The notes under the pieces were generated by a model. It saw only the letters and a list, made by a program, of their open reading frames with translations, was not told where the DNA came from and did no database searches. Made by a program: the position numbers and the translations under genes. From Neocallimastix sp. 'constans' (Eukaryota), in assembly GCA_050613775.1 (NCBI GenBank), contig JBODTK010000001.1:1240001-1304000 (forward strand): a stretch of DNA of 64,000 nucleotides, written 5' to 3'. Positions 13,764-27,804 of this stretch are shown one piece after another; within the stretch, counting starts at the first letter, position 1, and each line of letters starts with the position of its first letter.

Positions 13764-15054
13764 TTAACTTTTAATACCTTCTAATATCCATTCTACAATA
13801 TGCCATACTTTAATTACTGGAATTGTATTAAATGATGTTGTCGTTGGATTTTTTATTATGGATGTTGTTGGTTGAATAGATGGATCTTGGGAGGAAACAT
13901 TGATATTTGTTGTAGTGTTAGTAGCGGTATCCTGATCATGTATTTTTTGAGAAACGAATTCATAAATTTTCTTTTCTTTTAATTTATTATCTTCATCTGA
14001 TGTTTGGAAAATTGATTTCTTTTTAATATAAGAAATATTCCAATCATATATACCTTGATGACTATAACGTTTTGTAGATTTTGGAATACGAGCATAAATG
14101 ACTATATTACCTTGATTGTCACCCGGTATATTATATTCATTTTCTGCTTCATTCATATCAATATAATTGGAAAGATTTAATGAAATTACTAATAAAACAC
14201 GTTCATTATTAATTTTTTTGGTGGATGAATTGGATAAAGTATTTAATGAAAGTGAAGAAGAATTCATATCTTCATCTTCTTTCATATTAGCATTAGAAGA
14301 ATCAGAAGTTTTAGCTTCAGATTCTTCTTTTTTAATGGTATTAATCATTGTAATAAAATCATTCCATGGAATTTCACAATTTTTATTATCATTTAAAATT
14401 AATTTAATATTGGGAAGATCTACAATATTAACTGAGATTTTATATTTGTCTTTTAAGAAATTAATTTCTTCGATAATATTTGAATATTTATCATCGGGTT
14501 TTATTTTCTTATTTAAATTGTCTGTAGTACTATGATCATCACTAATATCATCAATTTTTCTTTTATTATTTTTTTCAACATCATTACTTTCATCAATTGA
14601 TTGGTTTAAATTCTTTCGATTAATATTCATATTTCTACTTTTAATAATTTGACTTTTTCTATTATTTATATCTTCAAATAATGATATATGATCTTTATAT
14701 TATATTGTTAATTATAAACATTATTTAACATAATTATTATAAACAATTTTAAATTATTTAATAAAATTGATTCATGATTTATAATATATATAAAAATAAT
14801 ATGTATTAGAAATATTAAAATATATTATTATTATTATTATTATTATTATAAATACCATTTAGACTATCATTAATATTTTCTAATTTAATAGGTTTATCCT
14901 TATTTTTATTTTCATTACTCATACATAATGAAGAAATTTCTTCAGCACATGAATTAATACCATATGCTGGACGATTTGGATCAATAATATATTTAAATGA
15001 ATTTTGAACAATATTTTTCGTCTTAGAGTTTGATTTAACATGATTTTTAAATGC

Positions 15055-15085
<31 letters not shown>

Positions 15086-15155
15086 AATAAAATAATTAGA
15101 GAAATAAAAATTAAAATAAAAAATTATATATATCATCAATTAATATTTATTTTCA

Positions 15156-15216
<61 letters not shown>

Positions 15217-16860
15217 TAAATAAATAACATTAATAATTATAAATATTTTCTTTATTTTTTATATTTTTATTTCAAAATCCTTTGTTGAGAAGAATAAAAC
15301 CTTACTTTTATTTTCTAATAAAAAGATATTTATATTTCTATCAATTTTTCCTAAAAATGCACCATTATCCTTTTCTACTTTTATATCTTTACTAGTATTT
15401 GCACCTTTTTTTGAGCTTATATCAGTAGCCGATGATGTTTCAGTTTTCTTTGAATTTAAATTAATAGATGATACAGAAGAAGAAGGAGTTGTTGATTTTT
15501 TACTATTTCTCTTTTTAGTTGAAGTGGAATTTGACGTTTTATTTGATGCTTTTTCATTTTCTGATTTAATATAAATATATATAATAAAAATGTATTAAAT
15601 TTTTTAATTTATAATTAATATTTTTTATAATATTTAACCTATAATGATATTAATGACACTATTACTATTCTTATTATTTTTACTCTTTTTGTATTCCTAT
15701 TCTTATACTTATTGTATTTCTATTTCTATTTGTATTCTTATTCTACTATTATTCTTATTGCTCTTTAATTATTTTAATTTTTAACTTATAATATAACCAT
15801 TATCATTATTACTATACTTCTTACTCTTATTCATTATTCACGTTTTATTATTTTAATTATTCTTTAACTTCTTATTAATATTTTCAATTTTAATTTTATT
15901 TTTTAAAGTTTTTACCTTCAGAACTTATCACTTCAGAATTTGATGTTAATACTCCATTTTTATTATTTTCCTGTTTAATTTCATTTTTGACTGATTTTAG
16001 TTGATTTATTGGGGCTTTACTAACAGTCTCAACTTTAACAGGTTCCGTTTTAATTTGTGTTGAATTATTTAATAAAGTTGTGCCAGCAGTTGCAGCAGGT
16101 TGATTATTTTGATTAATAATAATTTTATTAGATCCTGTTAAGTTATTTTGATTTTGAGCTTGAGCTTTACGTTGTAATTGTAATAATAACTGTTGGGATT
16201 GGGTTTGAGCTATATTTGACGCAGCACTTACAGCAACATTTGGAGAACCTTTTAATAATATAAAATATATCTTAATGTAAATACGATTATATAACTTTTT
16301 TTATTTTTTATATAAATAAAAAAGTATATATATGTATAAAACCTGAATTATTAAGAGCAGTAGAATTAGCAGCAGCATTAGCATATGCAGCAGCATTATT
16401 TTGATTATTTTTTTCAATAACCTCACAAAAGATTTTCATATTCTTTTCTAATTTTTCCAGAGCTTCCATGGGTATATTACTGGTTTCTTCTCTTTTTTCA
16501 TAAATCATTTGTGCATATTTATACTATATAATTGTAATAAATTTATTAACACAATAAATTATTTGTAAATAATAATAAATTAATTAAATTTAACAAATTA
16601 ATTAAATTAGCTTCAATTTTTAATCTTAAAATATTATAACCACATACCGTTCTTACCATTATATCCATTTTTCCTTTCATATCTTTATCTTTAATATTAA
16701 TGTATTTCATTAAGTCTCTAAATTTTAATGACAAATCATATAATTCTTTAATCTTTAAATAAAATTCAATATAAAAAATATTAATTTTATGATTATTTTT
16801 TTTTTTTCTTTTTAATTTATTAATTTATAATATATAATTTCCATTATCATTTACTACTAT

Positions 16861-16895
<35 letters not shown>

Positions 16896-18082
16896 TAATA
16901 TTTTTAATTACAAAATACTTTTTTTTTTTTATTTTTATTAATTTTAATTTTATTTTATTTTTTTAGTATTATTTACCTTTGCTAATCTTTGCTTTTGTTG
17001 TTCACTTGTTAAGCTTACTGGTTGATGTGGTTGGGCAACCGTTGCTGGTTTTTTGGCTTGTGCAGTTGTTTGGGCTTGATTATGTAATGCAGCTTGCTTT
17101 TGTTGAAGAACAATATTTTGATTTTGTTGTTGAAATTGTAAATTTTGTGCCATATTATTTGGAGATGCCGTTTTCTTATAGTAATTACATTAATTAATAA
17201 TTAATAATGTATTTTTCATTATTTTTTTTATTTATTTATTTAATAATTATTTTAATTTATTATTAATTATATAACAATATTAAATTATTATAAGAATAAT
17301 TATATTATAAAATAATATAAATAATTTCATTAATAATTGATATTATCCATTATGAATATTATTTTATTAAATTTTTTTTTTTTACTTACAACTAATGTAT
17401 TATTTAAAGCAACAGGTTGTGTAATTTGAGAAATGTTTTGTATTGAAGGTGAAATAGATGCTATTTTTGCTGTATTCATACTTGGTGAAGCATTATTTAT
17501 GGTTTTAGATAATGCTGCAGCATTAGGATTATTATTTTGAAGAAGCACAGCATTACCATTAACTTTATTAGCTATCATTGTTGCTGGAAATTGTGGTGTT
17601 ATATTTTGAGTAGTTATTGTTGCAGGTTGTTGTACTTTGACAGGTTGCTGAATATTTGTTTTTAAAGTTTTTTGTTTAATAATATTTAATTGGCTATTAA
17701 ATAATTTTTCATATTTTTCCTAATATCATTAATTTAATTATTTTATATATATATAATAAAAGATTATAATTTAATTTATAATATTTATTTATTTTTATAA
17801 AATATATAAAAAAGTTAGTAAAGTTTATAATTAATATTTTAAATCTACATTTATATATATATAAATGCATAATATTTACAGCAGAATCAGAACTTTTAAA
17901 TATTTTATCTTCGAAACTTCTTGCTACTTCTGTTGCTTTTTCTCTATCTACTTGACTATTAATTGTCAAACATTTTACTCTTAATTAATTGTTTATTTAT
18001 GATATTCATTTTAATATTATAAAAAAAAAAAATAATAATAATTAATGATAATCCTTATTTAATATTTTTTTACGATAATAAT

Positions 18083-18113
<31 letters not shown>

Positions 18114-18834
18114 TAAAACGTAGGAACAAAAATAATAATTATTGTTTAAATTAATAGTATCAAAATTTTAAAAAAACAAAATTGATTTAATATAATATAT
18201 TAAAACCAAATACATTTACTGTTTTAAAATTTAATTATTTAATATACATATATATATTATGAATATAATATAATTATACTTACATTTCTTGTAAATTTGA
18301 ATTTCTTTTTTCATTAAATGCTGGTGTATTCATTTCAGATTTTTTAAATTGGGAATTATTAATGGCAGCTACGGCTTGAGCTTGGGCTTGAGCTTGGGCC
18401 TGTGCTTGTGCTGCTTGAGCTTGAGCTTGAGCCTGAGCTTGTGCTTGCTGCTGAATTAAAGCTGCTTGCGTTATAGGTTGTTTATGTTGTAGTTGAAGTG
18501 CAGCTGTTTTTGCTACTGCACTTGGCAAAGTAGTATTAGCGAATGGCATGGTATTATTAAGTTTTGCTAATTGCAGTTGGTGCATTTGCATTATTTTTTG
18601 TTGTTGCTGCAATTGAAGTTTTAAATGTTGTTGTTGTTGTAATTGTTGTTGTTGGAGTTGTTGGAGTTGCTGTTGCTGTTGTAATTGAAATTGTATTTGT
18701 TGTTGTTGTTGAAGTTGAAGAAATTGAGGATTTTGAGGATTTTGCATTTGCAATTGTAACTGCAGCTGTGGGTTACCTTGCATATTCTGCATATTTTGAA
18801 TATCTTGCATTATCTTTTGGTTATAGAAATTCAT
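13764..18834 (-). CDS. MED15: Q-rich KIX-domain protein, probable Mediator subunit Med15/Gal11-like; 10 exons (18834-18284, 17979-17880, 17719-17390, 17174-16977, 16752-16648, 16523-16343, 16248-15916, 15560-15306, 15053-14856, 14692-13764)
   Basis: All joins are GT-AG and keep frame. Spliced exons 1-3 give PAFNEKRNSNLQEIVKCL..REKATEVARSFEDKIFKSSDSAEKYEKLFNSQLNII, which fits the three-helix Med15/Gal11 KIX pattern (R..E..F....Y). Poly-Q and (QA)n tracts are present, as in yeast Gal11. Orthology is inferred. Confidence 0.65.
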
Positions 18835-20583
18835 TTTTTTTTATTTTTTTTTTAATACTATTTTTTAAATTAAAAAGAATATATATATAGCTTTTATATT
18901 TTATTATATAACTTTTATATTTTAATAAAAACTCTATAATATATAATATATAATAATATTATAATATTATATATAGTATAAAAAAAAAAAATAGCCATTA
19001 ATACTATAAATATTTAGTAATATTTTATTTTCTTTAATTTATTCTAATGAAGATGTTTATAAAAAGATCTTATTCATTATTATAATAAAGAATATTTTCT
19101 TAAAAAATTCACAAATAAGAATTTACAAATAAGAGTATAGCTTATTTTACATTTAAATATTAATAAATGTTATTTCTATTATTACTTTTTTTTTTTTTTT
19201 TTTATTTTATTCTTAAATTTTAAATAAAGAATATTATATTTTTATATATATTTCTTTTATATTAAATGTATATGTATAACATATTATTAATTTCACTTTT
19301 ATATAAAATAAATATTTTTTTAAATTTTAATTTCCTTTATATTGAATTATTTTATTATTATTATTATTTATAATAGATGTTTTTTCAAATTTTAATTTCC
19401 TTTATATTGAATTATTTTATTATTATTATTATTATTTATAATAGTTCATAGAAGATTTTATACTGTATTTTAAAGATTATTTAAAATCTATAATTCATCC
19501 ATTTTAAAAATTTCTTTATTATTTAAGTATAAATTACTTTATATCAATTAATATTTCATCTTTATGATACTAATAAGTTGTTTTTTATATATAAATTATT
19601 AAAATAAATTAATATATAAATTTAATATATTAATTAATTAATCTATATTCTTCTAATATATTATTTTGATTATATATTTCACATTCATTTTTATATTTGA
19701 ATATTTATACGTAATATTGATTTAATGAAATACTCATTTTTATAAAAGCATTTATATTTTTATTAAAATAATTAATATTATTAATTTTTATATAAAAAAA
19801 AAGTATTTTTATTATATTATAAAATTCTATGATTAAAAACAATTAAATTTCATAATATATAGATTATATTAAATAAAATCTATATTTGCTTTTATTTCTT
19901 TATATATATTATATGATTAACATTAATTTGTTTTTATCATTTTATCTTTAATCATATATAATAAATATTATATATATTTATTTTTAAAATATATACCTAT
20001 CCAATATTTATATTTATGAAGTCGTTTTTATACTTTTCTTTTATAAGATTGATTAATAAATTATTATAGTTTATATATATATATTTTAAACCGAAAAAAA
20101 AAAGGATAAAAATAAAGAAAAAAAAAAAAGAAAAAGAAAAAGATAACAAAAAAAAAAAAAAAAAAAAAAAAAAGAAAGAAAGAAAAAAATAATATAGATA
20201 TGTAATTGAAAGAAAAAAATAAATTTTCTTGAGTATAAAAAAAAAAGCTAAAAATATAATAAAAACAAAAATTAATATATATATATATTTTAAAATAAAG
20301 AAAAAATATCTACCAAAAGAATATTACTTATATAAAAATATATAAGTGATATATTTATTGCTATTAATAAAGAATTAAATAATTAATACTTTTGAAATAT
20401 CATTTGTAATAAAAAAAAAAAAAAATTAAAAAAAAAAATATTAGAAATATAGATAAAAAATATATAGAAAAATAAAAATATTAATAAAATATATAAAATT
20501 TTTATTCTTATATATTAAAATATAATCTATATTTTAATATATTTTATTTTACTTTCTATTAAAACGTTTTTTTATTTTTTTTT

Positions 20584-20616
<33 letters not shown>

Positions 20617-21156
20617 ATTATTGATTATATAAATATTGACAAAAAAGTACTTCAAATATAAAAATTTACTAAGAATCAAAGAGTTTATATAGGTTTTATA
20701 TAAAATAAAAATAATTTTTTTTTTTATATTTTTATAAATAATTATAATTTTAAAAAAAAGAAAAAATAAAAAAAAGAAAAAAAAGAAATAAAATAAAAAA
20801 CTAAATAATAAAATTATTGAATAAAGAATATAAAATTATATATTATTTATTATTTTAAGGTTTTAAATAAAATAATATATTACCTATATATAATTTTAAT
20901 TTCAATATAATTTAATATATATTATATAAAATACATTATAAATATAATAATATAATAAATTTAAATAATTTATTTTTTTTATTAAAATTGTAATTAATAA
21001 TAAATTAATAATAATATAAATTAAATTACTAATAAATAAATAAATAAATAAATAAATAATAATATTTATATATAATAATAATTATAATTATCATAAGAAT
21101 AAATAAATAAATAAATAATTAATTAATTAATTAAATGATATTAATTATAATATGAA

Positions 21157-21192
<36 letters not shown>

Positions 21193-22789
21193 ATTATTAA
21201 ATTCTGTTTTTTGTCAAAATTATTCAAATTGTGATAGAATCAATTATTCAATAAATAATGAATTAAGAAATGATATTTTTCATTAAATGCACTATTTCTA
21301 TTTCGTTAATCATTATTTTTTTAAATTATATTATAGTAAGAACTTATTTCTTTGGTAAGGAAATGATGATTAAAGAAAATGAGAACCTTTATGTCCATAT
21401 ATATATATATTTTTAAATCTTAATTAAATTTTTATCATTAATATTTAAATATAAATAGCATTTATAATTTTTAGTAAATCAGAACAAAGCAAAACAAACT
21501 AGTTGAAAATAAAAAGCAATAAAATCAATAGTAAGGTATCGTTAAAAAGAGAATAAAGGATTGGTTCTTTTTTTTTAATTCCTCGGAAATAAATTTGTAT
21601 GAAAATTTAGACATACATAAATTCAAATGGCTAATCGTTTCTCCTTTTTTTTACTGAGTTAATTTTTCAATTTATTTGAAAAAATTCTATAAAAAATAAA
21701 TAAATAAATAAATAAATTATTAAATTTTATTAATAGTTTTTGCATTAAATAAATATAAATATATATATTGGACAAAACAATATAACATGAACTTTTTTTT
21801 TTTTATATAGACAAAGTCATATTAAATAAATTTATTTTTTATTACTCTAATATAGACAAAGCTTATTTAAAAATATAAATAATAGATTAAAATATATATA
21901 TGTATTTGGAAACTAGAATTATTTATAAAAAAAATAAAATAATATAAAATAAAAAAATGTATCTAATTTAATTATTATAAATCAAATTAACTATAATAAA
22001 ATAAAAATTTATAGACAAATGTATAGAAAGGTATTTTTCAAATAAAAATAAATAAATAAATTAATAAAAAAATTAATATAAATAAATAAATAAATAAAAG
22101 AAATAACAAAAGAAAAAAAATAAAATAAATAAAAAAATAAAATAAAATAAATAAATAAATAATAAAAATCTTCATAATATAACTCTTAAATTTTGTCTGT
22201 CCGTTTATGTGAAATTAACTATGAATTTTTTCTAAAATATAATATTAATTATTAATGTTTTATCTTTAATATATTTTTTTTTAATGAAGTTTAATAGCAC
22301 CTGAAAAATAACAATAACATTAATAATCATGTTTGGAGAAAAATTAAAAAATGTTCAATTCTTAATTGGGTGACACAATTCCTGATGTAGATAATTCCTT
22401 ATATAGAGTTGCTTCTATAATTAACAAGTACTTCTGTTAATACTCTGAGTATAGATAGTATTTTTTTTTTTTTTTAATATAAACAAGAGAAAAAGATGTG
22501 AATTTGACACAATCATACAAATCCTGAATTAGATGATAATTTTAGATACCTTACACTAATAGGGTAAACAAATTTGACAGGTTCTTTGATTATATTTAGG
22601 AGAGAACTTCAGGTGATAGTTTACTACAATAATAAAGAATATTTGTTGAATAATGTTGTTCCAGAAGTCGTCAATGGCTATAAATTTCTAATAGATTTAA
22701 AAATATCATTTTTTAATCAATAATTGAAATAACTGAATGTCCTTATTTATATATTATTTTATTATTATTGTATTATATTATGCTTATTA

Positions 22790-23060
22790 TTTAATTATTT
22801 ATTATTTATTATTTATTATTTATTATTTATTATTTATTATTTATTATTTATTATTTATTATTTATTATTTATTATTTATTATTTATTATTTATTATTTAT
22901 TATTTATTATTTATTATTTATTATTTATTATTTATTATTTATTATTTATTATTTATTATTTATTTTTATTATTTATTTATTTATTATTTATTATTTATTA
23001 TTTAGTATTTAGTATTTAGTATTTAGTATTTAGTATTTATTATTTATTTATTTATTATTT
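22790..23060. repeat. (TTATTTA)n heptamer satellite grading into (TATTTAG)n
   Basis: Direct reading; produces the spurious ORF 22737..23012 (IIYYLLF repeats). Confidence 0.9.
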
Positions 23061-23485
23061 ATTAACCATTCAATGAATAAAAGAAAATTAAAATAGTGAC
23101 AATTTATAAATATATTAACTTTCGAATAAATAAACTGAATAATTTTATGTTTATAATTATTATAAAACAACAATATTTTTATAAATTTATGTCTATGATC
23201 ATACCAAAATCATTTAAATCATATGAATCAAATAGTTTTAAATAATAATATTTTTTTTTTCAATATAGTTATTTCTTATATAATTAATTACTTTTTTTCT
23301 TAGTTCAATCCCGTCCTTTGAAAATTTTCGGGTTTTCCTCGAAGGTGCTTTTTACGAAATATGGTGGTTAGATTTTTTAACACTGCTTTTTGGAACGTGA
23401 CTGTATAAAAATATGATGCTTAAATATACCAATTATGTAAAAGTGGTTCAATTATATTAAATAAATAATAAATAATAATATTTAA

Positions 23486-23742
23486 GGGAGTAGCGCATTT
23501 CGCCAAATTGCATTTCTCCAGGTTGCATTTCGCCATTTTTGAAATCAAAATGTGGCGTTTCGCTAAATTGCAATTCGCCAAGTTGAAAACTATTAAATAA
23601 ATAAATAAATAAAATTAAATATTACTAATATTGATTAAAAACAATTTTAAAGAAAATTATTTTGAATTAATATTTATTTATTCATTTATTAATATCAATA
23701 CTCCACCTGGCGAAATACAATTTGGGGAAATGCAACTCTCCC
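23486..23742 (-). mobile_element. Mutator-like (MULE) MITE, 257 bp
   Basis: Starts GGGAGTAGCGCATTTCGCC and ends GGGGAAATGCAACTCTCCC (imperfect TIRs built from TTGCATTTCGCCA subrepeats). Exact 9-bp TSD AATATTTAA at 23477-23485 and 23743-23751. Same family as 48505-48806 in the opposite orientation; strand is arbitrary. Confidence 0.85.
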
Positions 23743-24043
23743 AATATTTAATTTCAAAGATATACTTTTATTTTTTTAGTTAATATTATAAAAAAAATAA
23801 TAAAAAAATAAAATTTAATTCTAAAGATATAAATTATATTTATATTTTTTATTAACTTGTTCTTCTGCTTTATTTACTTTACTTTTTTTTTTTAAATTTT
23901 TTCCATTTTTTAATGGTTAAAAATAAAATATATTTACTTTTTTTTTTTAAATTTTTTACATTTTTTAATGGTTAAAAATAAAATATATTTAATTTTTTAT
24001 AATTTATTAAATAATTATTTATTTTATTTATTGTTTATTTTAT

Positions 24044-24074
<31 letters not shown>

Positions 24075-24146
24075 GTAATAGATAAAGTGTTAATGAGAAA
24101 AAAATTTTTTTATGACGTTTAAAATTTAAAAAAAATAAAAAAGAAA

Positions 24147-24177
<31 letters not shown>

Positions 24178-24269
24178 TAACCCGTTTATATTTATTTATT
24201 TATAATTATTTGGAAAAAAAAAAAAAATCAAAAATGTAGTGAATTAAATTACGATCTAAATTTTATTTA

Positions 24270-24567
24270 TAAGCCACTCCCATTGCTGAGGGAGCTAGTA
24301 CTTATCTCATTGATTAGGTTATACTGGCCTTGCTTCAAATGAAACTTACGAACAAGAGAAAAATCCACTCCGAAAAAAAGGGTACTAGAATATTTTTGGC
24401 AATAATATATATGTCTGAGCGCCAATGATGAACACGCAGTAAGGCCGACCAGTAGGAACATTATCTGCCTATGTGAAAAGCAAACGGAAGTGTTGTGACT
24501 ACCCCATACCCTTGAGGGGATAAATAAAAGGGTGGTACACATCTAAAATAAATAAATAAAAAAAAAA
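24270..24567 (+). mobile_element. 5'-truncated copy of the poly-A retroposon (SINE-like or LINE 3' UTR)
   Basis: Colinear with the reverse complement of 48314-49150: gagctagtac..ctcattg.ttaggtta, gagcgcc.atg.tgaa..cagtaag, aagtgttgtgactacc, ggg(t/c)ggtacaca, then an A-rich tail. Confidence 0.8.
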
Positions 24568-24899
24568 TTACTTTTTTATTTATTAATAAAAAGGAGTCTA
24601 AATTATTGGGACATAGTAAACAACCATTAAATATAGAAAATTTATTAAGACTAGAATTAAACTTTATTTATTAATATTTATTAATAAAATATAGGAAAAT
24701 GAAATTTTTATATTAGTAATAAAAAACTACATTACAATTTTTAAGGACTAAAGTTCAAAGGTTTTAATCTATAATTTTGTAAAAAAAAATTATAAAACAT
24801 AGATGTATGTTTTTAATATAATAATAATAACTTTTTTTTAAAAAAAAAAAAGATAAAAAAATTAAAATATGTTAAATCATAAGTATTAGTAACATTATG

Positions 24900-25190
24900 T
24901 GGCAAAATATTCAATTATTAAAAGCTTTTTCACAAATTTTTTAAAATAATAAAACATTTAATTGTTAATAGTTCTTTCACAAAATTAATATGACAGTAAA
25001 GCATTCAATTATTAATCATCTTTCACTAATTTTTTAAATTAGTTAAGTAATAAAGCACTCAATTATTAATAGCTCTTTTCACTAACTTTTAAAACTAGTA
25101 AAGTAATAAAGCATTCAATTATTAATAGCTCTTTCTACATTTTTTTTAAAGTAGTAAAGCATTCAATTATTATTAGTTCTTTTTATACAT
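24900..25190. repeat. Six degenerate tandem ~46-56 bp units, core aaagcattcaattattaatagctctttcac
   Basis: Cores start near 24905, 24951, 24998, 25052, 25108 and 25156. The intervening sequences resemble one another. Confidence 0.75.
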
Positions 25191-25280
25191 CTTTTAAACG
25201 TCACCTTTAAAAAGAAAAGTGAATTTTAATATATATATATATTTTTTTGATTTATATGACTATTTTTATTCCTTATATAC

Positions 25281-25345
<65 letters not shown>

Positions 25346-25759
25346 GAAGATATAAATTATCTTTAATTTTTTATTTTATAATTATATATTTATTATAAAT
25401 ATATATACATATACATATATAATATAATAAAAATGTTTATATTTTTTAATTTCAATTTAATTTTAATTTTTAATATTTAATTTTTATTTATGTTTTATAT
25501 ATATATATTTTCTTTTTTTTTTTCTTTTTTTGTTACATAAAAATAAAAATATTTTTTTGAAATGTATATCAAAAATGACTCTATTATTTGTTTGATGATA
25601 ATTATTTTTATAGTAGAATTATTATTTGATTGATGATAATTATTTCTATAGTAGAAATGAACTTATTGAGAATAACATTGATTTTTTTTTTTTTTTTTTA
25701 AATAGTTTCTCGAAATATATATGATATTATTGTTCAAATTTTTAATTTATAAATATTAA

Positions 25760-26137
25760 TCATGAGCAAACAACAATTACTAAATAAATATTTATATAAA
25801 TCATTTAAATTAATTGGCAACGAAAATAAAATATAACATAAATATATTATTATTTAATTTAATTTATATTAATCTATAAATAACTTACATGCATGAATAA
25901 CACCAGGAATCCAAAATAATATGGTAAGAATAATATTTAAGAAGAAGGAACAATCACAACCTCTATTAGAATGATATTAATTAAATTATTCAGAACAAAT
26001 GAATTTTTTTTTTTTTATAATTAGGTGTTTAGAGTGAATTTATTAAAAATATTTTATTACCTATCAAGGAAAACAGCTAATGGTGGTAATATTAAACATA
26101 GAATAATTTTTAGGATATCCACAACTGTAAGATTCAT
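25760..26137 (-). CDS. PMP3: Pmp3/RCI2 (UPF0057) plasma-membrane proteolipid, 3 exons (26137-26061, 25962-25889, 25779-25760), 56 aa
   Basis: Spliced translation MNLTVVDILKIILCLILPPLAVFLDRGCDCSFFLNIILTILFWIPGVIHALIVVCS* carries the family motifs LPPLAVFL..G and NIILT...WIPG.IHA. GT-AG introns in compatible phases. The last exon is the least certain. Confidence 0.9.
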
Positions 26138-27804
26138 GATATATTAATTTAATTTTTTATTTTCTTTTTAAATATTTGATTTAAATATAGCTTGTTTTTA
26201 AATGAAATAATTTATTATAATTTTAATTTTATAAATTATATAATATATTTTATATTAGTTTTATATATATATATATATATTTTTTTTTATAAAATATTTA
26301 TAACATACTTTATCTTTTTTGAATAATAAATTTTTATGGGTTATTATGAATTATTTTGAATATTTCTGTTTTTTCTTTATAATTTCTTTTATTTAAATAT
26401 TTCTTTAAAAAATAAATAAATATATAAATATTTATGAAGTATTTGTTTTTGTAAAATTGAATTAATTTTTTAAGAATTTAAACTTTTTATTATATAAATC
26501 AACAATAATCACTTTATAAAATTTTTTAAAAAATACAATAATAATCTAATGAATTATATATTTTAAAAATTTTAATATTGATATTTTTATTTAGTATTTT
26601 ATTTATATTTATTAAAATTTATTATTTATTTTTTTTCTTCTTTATTATTAATTATTAATTATTTATTATTTATTATTTATTTTTATTATTTATTTTTATT
26701 ATTTATTTTTATTATTTATTATTTATTATTTATTTTTATTATTTATTTTTATTATTTATTTTTATTATTTATTATTTATTATTTATTTTTATTATTTATT
26801 TTTATTATTTATTATTTATTTATTTTTATTATTTATTTTTATTATTTATTATTTATTATTTATTTTTATTATTTATTTTTTATATTTTACTTTTTATTTT
26901 TTTTATATTTTTATATTTTTATATTTTTATATTTTTTATATTTTTTATATTTTTTTATATTTTTTATATTTGTTCCGTTTGTTATATTTTTATTAACTTA
27001 TTATTTTTTTTAATGTATAATTAAGCTTTTATATATATATATGAAAATGTTGAAATAACAAATATATTATCATTATATATTAAATGAAAAGGTTTTGAAT
27101 GAATATATATATATAAATTTTTAATTATGTTATTATAGATAATGTTAAATACAACATTGTTATGAATTAAATTATAATATTAGTCATATTTATATATATC
27201 ATATAATATTTATAAGGAAATATTTCATATTTATTATTTATAAAATGAATAAAGAAAATTCATTATTTCTTTTTATAAATATATATAAAAAAAATAATAA
27301 TAATAAAATAAATTATTTTTTAATTATAAGAATGGTTATATTATTAAAAATTCATTTCTTTTTATTAAAATCGTTGATTTATCAGTATAATCATAATTTA
27401 ATTTTTTAAAAATACTTTTAATTTTTATAATTATTTTTATTATTATTTTTTTTATTTTTATTATTAAAATTATTATTATTATTTTTTTTTTTATAAAATC
27501 TGTAATTTACTATAATTTTTTAAACATTATTGAATGGATATATATGTATTAAAAATGGCAGAATCCACATTTTATTTATGCTATTTACATATATTTTTCA
27601 AAATTTGGAAGTAAAAAATTTTTCCAATATATTAAATTAATCAAAACTATAATATCCAATAAAATTATTAACATTAATATATATATATATTTTAGATAAT
27701 ATACTTTCATAAATTTATTATTTTATTATAAAAAATACATGTAGGTAAAAAGTATATTTGAAATTAAAATAAAAATAAAAGTTAAAAAAATAAAAAAATG
27801 AAAA

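Noticed and set aside
23300..23405. tRNA or tRNA-derived SINE suggested by GTTCAATCCC (B-box-like)
   Set aside because: No A box or cloverleaf can be built upstream; the preceding sequence is a T-run.
19316..23990. Local ~60-bp direct duplications at ~19316-19444 and ~23873-23990 (also ~7213-7320)
   Set aside because: Simple slippage-type duplications in AT-rich intergenic DNA with no further structure.
24900..25190. CRISPR-like array of six ~30-bp repeats with short spacers
   Set aside because: The repeats are degenerate, the spacers resemble one another, there are no cas genes and the context is eukaryotic. It is an ordinary decayed tandem repeat.
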